From assembly GCA_000388065.2 (NCBI GenBank), contig KB932202.1: a DNA stretch of 64,000 nucleotides. One strand, given 5' to 3'. The notes beneath the pieces were generated by a model. The model ran no database searches. It was not told the origin of the DNA and was given only the letters and a program-made list of their open reading frames with translations. Positions within the stretch are counted from its first letter, which is position 1. Each line of letters opens with the position of its first letter. Positions 12,735 through 25,765 of this stretch are shown here, piece after piece. This DNA comes from Fonticula alba ATCC 38817. Its lineage: Eukaryota > Protista > Nucleariida. The translations under genes and the position numbers were made by a program.

Positions 12735-15060
12735 GGGGCGGCCTTCTTCGGGCGCGGCGAATTGCACCTCTTGGCCGGCTCCGACACATGCCCGGCGTCC
12801 TGCCCCAAGCTGCCAGACAGAGCCACGTCGGCGGCTTCCCCCCGGTGGCGATCGATGCCCGGGCTGGCCGTGGCCTCGGTGTCGAAGAGCGCCCGCGGGC
12901 CGGACCCGGCCGTGCGCCGGCGCTTGGAGGTCGTCGAGGGCGAGCCATCCAACAGGTCGCCCTGCTGCCGGCGCCGGCCGCCGGGCGTCAGCGGTTCCGG
13001 CGAGGCCCCTGCATGGGGGGATCCCACGGCGCGATGCCGGCGGCCGTCCACCGAGCCGGGGCCCGACTGCGACCCCTGGCTCGGGGAACGGGGCCCCCGC
13101 CGCCGGGGGGTCTCGTGCTGCGTGGCGGCCGCCCGCGAGGCTGCCCGCCTGGAGGGCGTGCCGCCGGAGTGCGCGAACAGGGCCCGCACGGCCTCGCCCT
13201 GGCGCAAGCGCCCGGCCCCACGCAGATCCCGGAACTCCTGGGCCGCCACCCCGGGCTCGAACTCGATCTCCTCGTCCTCCACGACAAAGCCGTCGCCCGT
13301 GTCATAGTGGTCGGTGCCGAGCAAGCCAAAGGCCTCGCCCTCGGCCTCGACCTCCGGCTCCTCCTCCTCCTCCTCCACCAGCTCCTCCTCCATGAGAACG
13401 CCGCCGCCGCCGCCGCCGCCGCCGAGGGTGCTGCCACTGGCCGGGAGGCCCGCAGGCCATATGCGTGTGCGCTGGCTCGACGACCGGCCCAAGGGCGACC
13501 GAATGCGCCCCGAGCCCACTTTGCCGGACCTCGACGACGGTGATGGCGATGGCGATGGCGACGGCGACGACGACGGCGACGAAGCCAGCCCCGCAGAACC
13601 CAACGGGGCGGTGGACAGGGAGGCCGCTCGCGTGGGCGCCCCCCCACGCGGAGGGGTCCTGCCGGGCGTGCGCCACGGGCTGGCCGACAGCCCCGGCGAG
13701 GAGCCTGACAACGGCACCCCCGGGGCCCCGGGCGAGGCCCCGGCCAGCGGACCTGCCAGGGCCCCGGACGACAAGCCCGGAGACAGACGAGCCAAGGAAG
13801 CCGCCGGCACGCCAAGTGCCGGCCCCGCCGCCGGGCTGGCGACAGAGCCCGGCGAGGCCACCCCGGAGCTCGACGGGCTCGCCGTGCACACCGGCTCCGA
13901 CATGACCCAGTCCCGGATGGAGCGCACCGGGCCAGGGGTCGCCGGGCTGGCGGCCCCGGGACGGATGCGCGCCAGGCGCCGGGCCGCTGCTCGGGAAAGC
14001 AGCGTCTCCGGCATCGGGAACCCGGCCTCCCGCAGGAATGCCCCCATGCCGGGCAGCGACGTCACATACCGGAAGCCGGCCGCCAGGTCCCGCTGCGGCC
14101 GGCCGCCAACCGGCATCTGCACATTGACACGATGGTGCAAGCGCCTCAGCGCTGCCGCCTCCTTTTCCGGCAGCGAGGCCTCGGCCCCCGGCATTCCCAG
14201 GGAGCACAGCTTGTTGCGCAGGTCGCGCTGCGCATGCAGCACCAGCAGCTCGACGACCCCGAACTGCGACACCCGCTGCGCCTGCTCGAGTGCCTGCTCG
14301 AAGCAGGCCTCAATCTGGGTGATGGACTGCACGGGCCAGGCCGGCATCGGACCGGGGGTCCGGGGAAAGATCCACCATCGGTTAGCCAAGCATGTACATG
14401 TGTCCCGCCGCGTGCCACGCCCCGGGACAGGGGGACAGCGGGCGAAAAGACATGCGGCCCCGGGGGAGGGAGAGAGAGGGAGAGAGAGAGAGAGAGAGAG
14501 AGAGCGCGCACCACATCGGCCATGCCCATGCACTGCAAGCGCAAGAGTTCCAGGGTCAGGCGGAAGTCCGCGGACCCATCGCAATCGCTCGTCCAGAAGG
14601 AGGGAAAATGCGGCGCATGCAGAGCCAGGGCCTGATGGCGCCACCGCAGGCGGGTCTCCGGCTGCGCGATATTCACCACCCCCTGCTGCCCTGCGCCCTG
14701 GCCGGTGGCCCCGGCGAACAGCATCACCCGGTCCAGGTGCCCGAGCGCCGTGGCGGCCTGGGGCCCGGAAAGCCCGGCCGATGGCGCCGACAGCAGCACA
14801 CACCCGGCCAGCCACTCCAGACGCAGGCGCTCCGCGCCATTGGGGTTGATCTCGTCCACCAGCTGGGAAAATTGCTGGGCCAGGGCGTCCGTGTGGCAGA
14901 AAAAGAGCATGCTTGTGCTCCCGCCGGCGCGCATGCCGGCCAATCGGCGCTGCGCCACGTCTCGGCGGATCAGCTGTACCAGGAGGCTGATGTCGGACAC
15001 GCACTCGGCCGCCGTGGCCAGGAGCTCGCTGGCGGCATCCACGCGCCCCAGGAGGCTACG

Positions 15061-15111
<51 letters not shown>

Positions 15112-18100
15112 AGCGACAGGGGCGGGGTGGGGGTCAGCGTCGTGTTGGGCGATCGTCGGGCCGGCTTGTGCGGGTGGCGTCCAACGGCGCAGGCAGGCCA
15201 CCCAGGGAGGGCACCCTCCTGCCCCCCCCCCCCCGGCCAGGCCCATCGGTGACATGGGCCATGGGTCGCGGCCGCATCCTGCCCATGCCCGCGAAGAGAG
15301 GGCCGCAGGCAACACGGCCGCCGGCACAGCATCCCGAGCACACACGGCACACATACAGAAAGAGAGAAAGAGAAGAAAGGCGAGAAGGGATGGAATAGAA
15401 CGCGCAAGGCCACGGGCAAAAGACACCCAGCAAACGGCCACCCAGCCGGATGGGCACCAACACACGCACCACAGACACTCCAAGTACTGCATCACCGCGT
15501 CGAAACGGCTGCGCAGGGTCTTGCCCAGGATCAGCGCATCCGAGGGGGCCGGCGTGCGGGCATGCGTCTCGGCCGTTCGCGGCCCATGAAGCCAGTCCAG
15601 ATGCCCGCCAACCGAGCTGTCCCGCAGGTATGCCTGGCACGAATGCAGCCGCCGGCTCAGAGGCCGGAGCTCGCGCACCAGCAGATGGCGGCTCATCACA
15701 TGGCGCCAGTGGATTTCCAGCCCCGGCACCAGATCCCCGAGGGCCACCAGCACCGGCACCGGCCACACCAGCAGCCGGGCCCTGTCGGCCGGGCCCAAGG
15801 CCAGCCCGCCATCCCGCCCGCCGAGGCGCTGCCCGGACAGCACGCCATCCAGATACTCGTCCAGCGGCCCGGGCCGCGGGCTGGCCGCCGCATCAAGCTC
15901 CGCCCAGTGGAGACGCACATTGTGCGAGGCCAGGGCCGCGCGCAGGGCCGTGGCCGGCACGGCCGGCGCCGGCTCACCGGCCGGCAGCAAAAAGGCCCCC
16001 TGCTCCTCGAGGAAGGTGCTCAGCTGGGCAAACCCCTCGGCCGGGAGGCCGAAGAAAAACCGGTGCGCCAGGGCGGCCAGCTGCCCGGCACTCAGGCACA
16101 CCCGCATCGGCGCCTGGGTGCCGGCTCGAGAGCTGGCCCCGCCGGTCGGCGTGCCGGGCCCCGGCCGTGTGCCCGCTCGCCGGTGCAGCGGGTACACCGT
16201 GTGCCACAGGTATGGCAGGCTGCCGAACTTGGATGTCCCGAGGGTGGCCTCCTCGAAGAAGTACGACAAGAAACACAGGACCATCCCCTGGCCGAAGGTC
16301 AGCCATGCCAGCGCCTCGGCCGTTGCATCCACGCGCGCCAGAACCGTTGCTGGGGTAAAGATCGTCAGAAAGGTGTACATCGCCATGTGCGTGCGTGCGT
16401 GCGCATGGTTGCTTGGCAGGGGGAGCCCGGGGAAAAGCACGAGTGGGGGACTGAAAGGGGAAGAGACGGCAGGCTGGGGCAGAACGAACCGATATCGCGA
16501 ACAAAAAACAGGATGTCATCGATGCTGCCGCGCGCCCGGGCCAGGGCCAGGGCATGCAAAAGGAACTGCCGGCCACCGTGGTGTAAGTGTGCTGTGGGAG
16601 ATGCGTGCATGTGCGTATGCGTGCGGTCCCCATGTGCGCCGGTGTGCCGGTGCGCCCCGGGAAATGGCACACCCTCGGCCCGAAGAGGGAGAAAAAAAAG
16701 CAGACCCAAATCAACACCAAGCCCGGCCCGGTCCGGCCCGGCCCGGCACACGTACCACAAGGATGCTGCGCACATCCTGCTCCTGGTTCAGGGCCCGGCT
16801 GAGACTGAGGCACGCCAGCTGCTCCGCATGGAGGACATACCGCCGGGTGAGCCCGGGCGCGGTGTCGGCTTCCAGGGCCCCGGGGCCGGCATGGCGCGCA
16901 CCGGCCGTGCACTGCAGCGCCCGCGCAAAGATGACCAGCGCACCGGCCGGGTTGTTCGTGATCAGGTGGCTCCAGCCGATGGAACAGGAATACACCGCCT
17001 GCAGGCTGACCAGCAGGTCCGGCGACAGAGCATGCCTGCCCGCGCCACCCGGCTCATTCAGCTGCTGGGTGATGATCTTCAACGCGCGAACCCCGTGAAA
17101 GACCGTCTTTTGCTTGACCTCGCGAAAGTGCTGGCTCCCCAGCCGGCGCTCGGCCCCCGGCATGATGGCCATGCACTGGAACACCTGGCCCAGGGCAAAG
17201 TGCGCCAGGTGCTGCAGCTCAATCCGCGATGCCCCGGTGAAGCACCGCCGAAAGGGCTGGTGGCGACTGGTCACCGGGTCGGCTGCCGCCGGGGTCGAGA
17301 TCACCCGCCGGAGGGTGCGCTCGGCCTCGGGAAATTGGCCGGCCCTGCGGTCCGGCCCCATGCCACCGGCGGGGTCGGGCGAAGGAAGGCCCGAAAGTGC
17401 CCATACACACATGCATGCCACCGACAGCCGGTGACAATGGTCATGGCAGCCATGTCAACACACTTGCACCAGGGAGAGCACCGGCAGGATGGGAGGAGGG
17501 CAACCGGAAGCCAGTTGGCAAGGGTCGCACAAAAAAAAATACCTCCCCCACGCCCCGAGCAACCACGGGCACCGGCGACGGCCCGGCACCGACACGCACC
17601 GGAATTGCAGGAGCCCCAGGGTGATCTCGGTCAGATAAATTTCCCACATGGCCGCCTGCGGCTTGGCCAGGTCGCCCGGGTCGAGGCCGGCCGGCGGCCC
17701 GGCCGCACACCGACACGGGCTGGCGCAGGCCCCACAAAAGCGCAAATGCGAGAAGTCCGGCGACAGGGCCTCGGCCCCCGGGCCAACCTGGTGGTCCGGC
17801 ACCAGGTCCATGTCCCAGGCGGCGGCCGGCGTGGGCCCCACCGCCGCCCGGGACCCGGGCATGTGGCATGCGCCGCAGGCGCCATCCCCGCCCGCCGGCC
17901 GGCATGCACACCGCCAGCCCTGGCAGTCGGCCAGGCCCCGGAACAGGCACGATCGCGCGGCCCGGGTGAACAGCAGCGCCGCATCCAGGTCCTCTGACAG
18001 GGAGAGCCCCGACAGGGGGGTGACAAGTCAGCTCACAGCAAAAAAAAAACGCCAGGCGGAGCACGCGATCCGAGAAGGGGGGGGGGCTGTTGCCCCGCCC

Positions 18101-18644
18101 GCCTCGACGCACTCGAATCGAATGCCAAGAACGCCAACACCAGCAGCGTATCCGCCGCATCGGGCCACGCCCGATCGGCCAGGCAAATGGGGAAGTAGGC
18201 CAGCTTGACCGCCACCGCCGATGCCGTCAGCGAGTCCACCAGGGGAAAGGCATCCGCATGGGCCAGCCCCGGCACGCCCAGGTGCGAGGCCAGCCCGCCC
18301 GCCGGGCCTGGCTCGCCGACGGGGAGAACTTGCGGAATCCCCCGCCCGCCGGACCGGCCATCCACCGCCTGGCCAGTTTGAGAGAAGGGGTTGAAGCGCG
18401 TGACCGGGTGAAAGCCCGACGGTCGGTACTTCTCGATGTCGCTGCCGAAGGTTGTCAGCAGCATGTCCACCAGCCACACCTCCCGCGGGACCTCGTCCAG
18501 GGTGGAGAAGGCCCCGAGGAGGGTCTTCTGCTCGATTGAGAGGCGCCGCTGGCTGTCGGCCTCCGCCTCGCGCCAGGTGTTCACCCGCTCGGACCAGCGA
18601 ACCACCTGGGCAACCACCGCCGCCGCCACGCTTGGGAGGGACAT
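10117..18644 (-). CDS. Large uncharacterised TPR-containing protein (~2132 aa) with central disordered acidic/SQ region; possibly Tonsoku-like
   Basis: Exons 18644-18113, 17993-17600, 17344-16756, 16287-15470, 15055-14512, 14326-11960, 11756-11507, 11323-10955, 10797-10657, 10511-10117; total 6399 nt, all nine junction phases consistent, ATG at 18644, TAG at 10117. Splicing creates TPR-like helices GLLQFR|AGQFPEAERTLRRVI and YLECL|CLLGRVDAASELL. The family assignment is uncertain. Confidence 0.75.
12291..12455 (-). repeat. Coding hexamer repeats: ~18 SQ dipeptides plus an SP run
   Basis: (GACTGC)n, GAGAGTGCAACTGCGACT and (GACGGC)n on the + strand encode SPSPSP-SQSQLH x3-(SQ)~12 in exon 6 of the TPR gene. 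Confidence 0.9.
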
Positions 18645-19205
18645 CTCGTCAGGGGGGGGGGGGGGGGATCGGAGAGCCAGAGGGGCCCGGGCGCGGAGAG
18701 GGGAGGAAAGACGCGGAGGAGGGAGGCAGGGGGGGGGGGGGAGGGAGGGAGAGGCTCGGCCTCAGGGGAGGGGCGCGGAGAAAGCCGCGAGGGGAGATCG
18801 GCGCGAGGCGCGAGCGAGGAAGGGTGTCGCGAGCAGGAAACAAGAGGGAGAGGCGGTGCGGAGGCGTGTGTGGGGGAGGGTGTGGCGGCCCGCGTGAACG
18901 CGACCATGCCCGCTTGTGGGTTGACACCGCCGGGGTGTTCCCGGCGGCGGCCCCGGCCTCCCCCTGGTGGATGCCGGACGTCGCACGCAGATCGTCCAGG
19001 CGTGCCGCCGGTCGTGGGCATCGGGGGGGGGGGCGGGGGGGGCACGGCCACGGACCGGCGCGCCACCCGAGAACACGCTAGCCCCCGACTGAGGGGCGGC
19101 GGCCGATCGATTTTAAATAAAAACCGTGTGGCCGCCGCCGAATCACGTTGGTGGTCAGCTCTATTTTGATTTCGCCCCCCCCCCCCCTACACAGCTTCAG
19201 CTCCG

Positions 19206-19264
19206 GCCGCCAGCCGCCAGCCGCCAGCCGCCAGCCGCCAGCCGCCAGCCGCCAGCCGCCAGCC
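19206..19264. repeat. (GCCGCCA)8 heptamer repeat in the divergent intergenic region between the TPR gene and VPS18
   Basis: Read directly from the sequence. Confidence 0.9.
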
Positions 19265-19565
19265 CCGACAAGGGCCGGGAAGCCAGGCCCGGGGTACGTG
19301 TGTCTGTGTCATCGCCGCGCCTAGCACACACGGACGGCGCATCCCGGCCGGGCAGGGCGCCCCGCCAGCACACACATTTTCGTGCACTTCGGCCCCCGGG
19401 AGGGGGGCGGTTCTCGCCCGGCCTCCAGAGCGACCTCATCGGAATCCCCCCCNNNNNNNNNNNNNNNNNNNNNNNNNNNNNNNNNNNNNNNNNNNNNNNN
19501 NNNNNNNNNNNNNNNNNNNNNNNNNNNNNNNNNCCCCCTATGCCGGGCACCTTGCCTCCGGGCAT

Positions 19566-21240
19566 ATGATCGGCCCGGCTGGCGCGGCCGCGCCCGTGCG
19601 TTCCCTCCTCCTCCCTCCCCCCCCCCCCCTCCTCCTCCCTTGCCATGTGGCCATCCTCGCGCACATGCCCATGCCGGCACCGCAGCAAACACGGCCCCGC
19701 CCCCACTCACATGCCCGCACACCCGCCCGCTTGCCCACGCCCCGGCGATGTGCACACAGAGCGCCCCGGTGGCCCACGATGAGGGCCTCCCCGCGTTGTT
19801 CGAGCTGGAGTCCATCAGCATCGCCGGGCACGATGTGCAGCCGGTCCGCATTGCCACCGCCAACAGCATCATCGTCACCGCCACCACCAAGAACATCCTT
19901 CTCGTGCTGGACCTCAACAACCCGGACAACATTGTTCGTGCGTGCCGCGCCCCGCCTGGTCGCCCTCCCCCCGCCGGCGCACACCCACACATCCCCGCAT
20001 TCCCGCCCCACTTGCACACACTTACACCCATCATCACTCCCATGCGCATACACACACGCACATGCAGAACACGACCTCCCCCAGCCGGCCAGCCAGCTGG
20101 TGGCCCTCTTCCTGGACCCGCAGGCCCAGCACCTGCTCATGTCCTTCCAGAATGCCAAGACCTTCTACCTGGCCATGGGCCAGAAGAAGGCCCGCCTGCT
20201 GGAGCGCCTCAATGGCCACATCATCACCGCGGTCGGGTGGAACCCCCGGCGCGATGCGCCCGGCGGCGGGGCCGGCGGCGCCGATGGCGACATCCTCCTC
20301 GGCACGGCCGAGGGCCTGCTCCTGGAGCTGGACATGCATGCCCCCTCGGAGGAGTCCATCCTCCGCCGGCGCTCGGTCAAGGCCATCTTCACCTGCCCCA
20401 AGGAGGACGTCAAGACCCCGGTGGTGGGGATCTTCTCGGAAATCCGCGGCAAGTACCTGCGCGTGATCGTGCTCACCACACACCACTTCCTGCAGTTCTC
20501 CGGCGCCCTGGCGGCCGAGCCGCGCACGGCCGGCGATGGTGCCGGGGCCTCCGGCGGCAGCGGGGCCGGCGCCGGCGGGGCCGGCGGGTCCGACCGTCTG
20601 GGCACCTCGCTGCCCGGGTCGACCCTCCTGCAAGATGGCGCCAGCCAGCTGGTGGGCAGTGTGGCCGCCGGCATGGCCTCGGCCACCGGGGCCGGCGGCG
20701 CCTCCGCCGGTCTCTTTAGCACCTTCTTCGCCGGGTACACCGGCAACTACCTGGACACGGCCCTCGTGTCGCCGCCCAATGTCCCCTACCAGCTGAACAA
20801 CCACGGTGTGGCCTTTTCCACGGTGGCCGCCACCTCTGACGGCCGCCAGGCCGAGTCCTTTGCCTGCCTGCTCGGCGCCAGCCTCTACCATGGTAGCCTG
20901 ACGTCCACCGTCGGCGAGGGCATGCCCGTGGTCGGCACGGCCAAGTTCATGCCGCACCCGAAGCTGGCCGACGAGCCGGCCGACGCCGTTGTCCCCAACT
21001 CCATCGTCCTCACCCGGCATCACATCCTGCTGCTGATGGGCGACCAGCTGGTGGCCTTTTCGCGCATCAGCTTCAAGGTTGTCTTCAAGCATGTACGTCC
21101 CCCGACCCGTCAGCCAGCAGGCTTCTGCCGCCGCCGCCGCCGCCGCCCCTCTTTGGCGTCGCCTTGCTTCCGGCGGGGGGCCCTCGCTCTCACACGCCCC
21201 TGCCCTTTGTTCCCTGTGCCCCTTCCCCCCCCCCCCCCCC

Positions 21241-21271
<31 letters not shown>

Positions 21272-24200
21272 CGCCCATTGGGCCTCCTGCTCACCCCGCC
21301 CGCATCTTTCCACCCCCCCCCCCACACCCCCCGGCTCCGTCCCTTCTTCCGGAAACACCCCGGCAGCGCTTCCGCGAGACGCCCATCCACATGACGGCCG
21401 ATGCCTCCAGCGACACCATCTGGCTGGCCACCAATAGCACCATCTACGAGGTGGTCACCGAAAATGAGGACAAGAACCTGTGGGAGGACTACCTCTTCGA
21501 CGAGCAGCTGGCCAAGGCCCTGCACCATTGCCACACGCCGAAGCAGTTCCAGCGGGTCTTCCGGTCCATCGGCTCCGCCGCCTGGGCGGACAACAGCTAT
21601 GCCATCGCCGCCGCCGCATGGGCCCGGATTACCGGCAACAATTACAGCTTCGAGGACATCACCCTGCGCTTCTTGAATTTGGTGCGTCCCTCGGCCGACA
21701 TCCCGGGCGGCCGGTGTCCCGCTGTGCGGCTGCCACTGACAAGTCCCCCGGTGTCCTGATCCCCCCCCCCCTCCTTTCTCTCTCTGGCCCCTTCGGTGGA
21801 TGGCATGCATATGCACACAACCACATACATATACACACATGTGCACATGCAAATATGCATGCACGCATGTACGCACGCACGCACGCACGCACGCACGCAC
21901 GGACAGGCCTCGCGCCCCTCGCCCGAGCAATCCTCCGCCGGGCGCTTCGCCCTGCTGGTGTATCTCCTGTCGCGGTACCAATTCTACGAGAAGACCGACG
22001 TCACGCAGCTCAACCTCCTGGCCACCTGGATCACGGAGATGTTCCTCAGTGAAATGTCCCGCGAGGCCGTCCTCCAGGCGGCTGCCCAACAGGTGACCGG
22101 CTCCGGGGCCGCCACCGCCGAGGGCGCCGCATCGACCAGCAGCACCGGCCGTGAGGCGGCTCTGCGGGCCCAATTTGCGCGGTTCCTGAAAACCGGTGTG
22201 GCCGCCGTCCCGGCCCCCTCCGGGCTCCTGCACCAGGACTCCAACCAGGAGGACCATTACGCCGACCTGAACTTCCTGCTCCCCGGGCACCACTCACCGT
22301 CGGCCTCCTCCCCGAACCTCAAGCAGCCCAGCCAGAACCCCGGCAAGGACCACCTGGATCGTGCCACGGCCTATCGGCTGATGGCCTCCTATGGTCGGAC
22401 GCGCGAGATGCTGGACTACGCCACCATGGTCGGGGACTTCGAGCGAGTCATCAGCCACCACCTGCAGGTGGGCAACTACGCCGACGCCCTGGCCATCGTC
22501 ATGAAATACGTACGTCAGCGTGTGCCCCTCTTTTTCTTTTTTTTTTGCATTCCCCTCCGGCCGAGCCACCCTTGCCTGGGGGATGTGCCCTCCTGCCTGT
22601 CCTGTTGACGCCGCCCTCTCCCTCCCCCGCGTCCATGCGCACACACACACACACACACACCAACACACCAACACCAACACACCAACACACCAACACACAC
22701 ACACACTAACACACTAACACCGACACAGCCCTCGGATGATATCTTCTACAAGTTCGCCCCCACGCTCATGGAGCACCTCCCCCGGGAGTTCATCGAGTTC
22801 CTCGAGCGCATTCGCGACCTGGACCCCAAGAGCCTCCTGCCGGCCCTGATGAAGTACACCGCCCGGCGGACGGCCGAGATCCAGGCCAATCCCCAGCTGG
22901 CCAAAACCCTGCCCAACTACGCCATCAACTTCCTGTACTTCTGCATCGAGCACCGGAAGAACCGCGACGCGGCCGTGCACAACTACCTGCTGTCGCTGCT
23001 GGCCCAGCAGCCGGACGAAACCCAGCTCCTGGACTTCATTCGCGCCCACATCAACCTGGACCCGGCCTTCAACCTGCAGTATGCCCTGCGCATTTGCACG
23101 CAACATGGCCACGCCCGGTCGGCGGTGCACATCTATGCCGCCATGGGCCTCTACGAGGAGGCGGTCTTCACCGCCCTCACCAAGGCCAAGGACATCGAGC
23201 TGGCCCAGTCCTTCCCGGAGAACCTCAAGGATGGGGACCTGGTGCTGGACAGTGCCACGCGCCTGGGCGGCAACAGTGGCCGGGATCCGGGCTCCGCGCG
23301 CGGGTCCTCCTCGGCCGTCGTGGCCGCCGCCATCCCCGAGGATCTGGAAGGCCTGCGCAAGAAGCTCTGGCTGCAAATCGCCAAGCATGTGGTCGAGGAA
23401 AACAACGACATCGAGAAGTGCGTCCACGGTCTCCCCCTCCTCCTGACCGGGACATTCCCGGCCGTGGCCGGGGGGGGGGGNNNNNNNNNNNNNNNNNNNN
23501 NNNNNNNNNNNNNNNNNNNNNNNNNNNNNNNNNNNNGGGGGGGGCGCGCGGAACACCCTGGCAAGCCCACTTCCCTTCTTGCTCCCCCTGCCTCGGTTAT
23601 GGCTGTCGACGGCCATGTGAGCCCCTTGTGACTGACGACCGCGCCCTTGTTTCTTTTTTCCTTTCCATGACTCTCCCCCCCTCCCCTCCCCCTCTCCGTG
23701 CTCGACCGGCATAGGGCCATGGAGTTCGTCGAAAAGTGCCCAAGCCTCCGGATTGAGGATGTGCTGCCCTTCTTCGGGGACTTCGCCAACATCGATCACT
23801 TCCAAGACCAAATCTGTCAAGCCCTGCGCAAGTACAGCAAGGAGACCGAGTCCTTCCGCGAGCGCATGGACTCCACGTCCCACAGTGCCGAGCTCCTGCG
23901 TGAGGACATCCGCGCCCTGCGCGCCCGGGCCGCCTCGGCCCCGGTCACCTCCAGCTGTGGGCTTTGTAACCGTGGTCTTCTCAGCCGGACGGCCATCGTT
24001 TTCGCCTGCTCGCATGCCTTCCATCTGGACTGCGTCATCAACCAGGTGCGTTCTTTGCGCCCCCTCGGCTCGGCCAGTGCCTTTTTTCTTCTTTTTTTTT
24101 TTTTTTGCTTCGCTCCCCCCTGCCCAGCCAAAGGACTCGGTGCAGATGTGCTGACCGCTGCCATGTTTGCCATAACCCATGCCCGGTCCACTGCGGTGCT

Positions 24201-24643
24201 CCGCCCTCCAGCGCAAGCGCTTCGCTCCGCTGCACGAGCGCGCCAAGATCCAGGAGCTTCAGAAGCGCATCTCTCAGAACACCGCCACCGGCCGGCAGGA
24301 CACCCTCCTCAGCTCGCCCCTTGTGCAAATGAGCAAGGTACGCCGTCCGGCGATGGGGGAGGGGGGCGGGGAGGGGGGGGCCTTCGACACCTGGGCCCCG
24401 ATGCGCACCACCCCCCCCCCCCCCCCCCCCCCTGTTGTCGCTTCGCACCTTCCCCACACCATGCTAACTCACCAACCCGGCGCATACGCACACACGCACA
24501 CGCACACACAGAGCGAACTCGAGGAGATCGCCTCGTCCGAGTGCGTCCTCTGCGGCGAGATCGCCATCGCCGCCGCTCTGGACAACCCCTTCATTCTGGA
24601 CACCGACGAGGACCGCATGATCGCCAACTCGTGGAAGTTGTGA
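19566..24643 (+). CDS. VPS18: Vacuolar protein sorting 18 / Pep3, HOPS/CORVET subunit (~1142 aa)
   Basis: Exons 19566-19595 (start uncertain because an N gap lies just upstream), 19760-19937, 20068-21092, 21367-21681, 21907-22509, 22729-23417, 23715-24045, 24212-24337, 24512-24643. Motifs LFLDPQAQHLLMS, ITAVGWN, ENEDKNLWEDYL, LATWITEMFL, LRKKLWLQIAKHVV, LRIEDVLPFF, RING CGLC...FACSHAFHLDC and C-terminal ECVLCGE. Confidence 0.95.
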
Positions 24644-25765
24644 AACAGCGGGCGTGATGCGGCCCCGTGGGTCCTCTGCGGAATGACATTCCCCGGAATG
24701 TGCATAGATGAATACACATATCTTTGACATTCTGATCCGCAACCCTCGCTCGGGCGCCGAATTTTCTGGCCCGTGTCCGCGTCCGGTCCGCGCCCCGACC
24801 AGGCGAGGGGGATTGAGGGCTCTACCGGCTGCAGGGCGCTCCCTCCCCTGTCCCCTGCGCACGGGAAGATGGGGCCGACACGAGAGGGCACGTCTGGCAG
24901 GGGGGGGGGGGGAGGCAAACGAGAGGCCGAGAGCCCCTACCACCGGGCGGCTCCCGAGACTGGCCGCGGAATCGAAAAGACCCATGGGCCGCCGGGGCGT
25001 ACCCGGCCACCAGTGGCTGCGCGGCCAGCTACATGGCTGTCTTTTGGTGCGAGAGCCAGGCGGGTGCGCTTGGGCGCATCCCGCACGTGCACCCTCCGGT
25101 GGCACCCTGAGAGCACGCCCCCGGGTGCCGCCGCCGCGGCCAAAAAAAAAAGTGGCCGCTCGTCCCCCCACTGCTGGCATGTTTGTCCAGGGGTGTGCAG
25201 GGGCAGGGCCCCCGCGCCGCGCCCCCTCTGCCCCGAGGGGGGGGGGGGGACGGGGCGGGACGCGGTCGCGCGCCCAAAATGGCCGGCCATCTCCCAATTG
25301 ATGTCGGGGCCGCTACACCTTGCCGGGCCGGCGCCGGGGGTCCGACCCCGGCGTCCAATTCAGGGTGGGCAGCGCCAGCCCCCCTCCCCCCCCCCTCACG
25401 GGCAGCCGCGGTGGCAGGGCGGGAAACAGAGCGGCAGCCCAGACAACGCCACAGCCGGGGAAAGAAGTCCAGGGACCCGCGCGCCAGAGGGGGGGGACGC
25501 ACATCATGACGGAGACACACCCCGGCGGCCACCAGCCCTGTCCCCCGCAGACCGGCCCCGCCTTCTCCCCCCGCCCAGCCGCCCCGGCGCCAAGGAACTG
25601 CCGCGCGCGTGCACGGGGAGCCGGCCACATAAATGGCCCCCCCCCGGGCCGCGGCCTGCCCCAGGGATCAGACACCTCTTTTTTTTTGAGTGCGGAATTC
25701 CTCTGCCCTCTGCCCTCGCGCCCCCTTTTCACCTCTCCCCCCCCCCTCCGCATACCACCGACAAC

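Noticed and set aside
25269-25292. YY1-like CAAAATGGCCG motif upstream of the coactosin-like gene
   Set aside because: A single short match in GC-rich DNA with no evidence of function.
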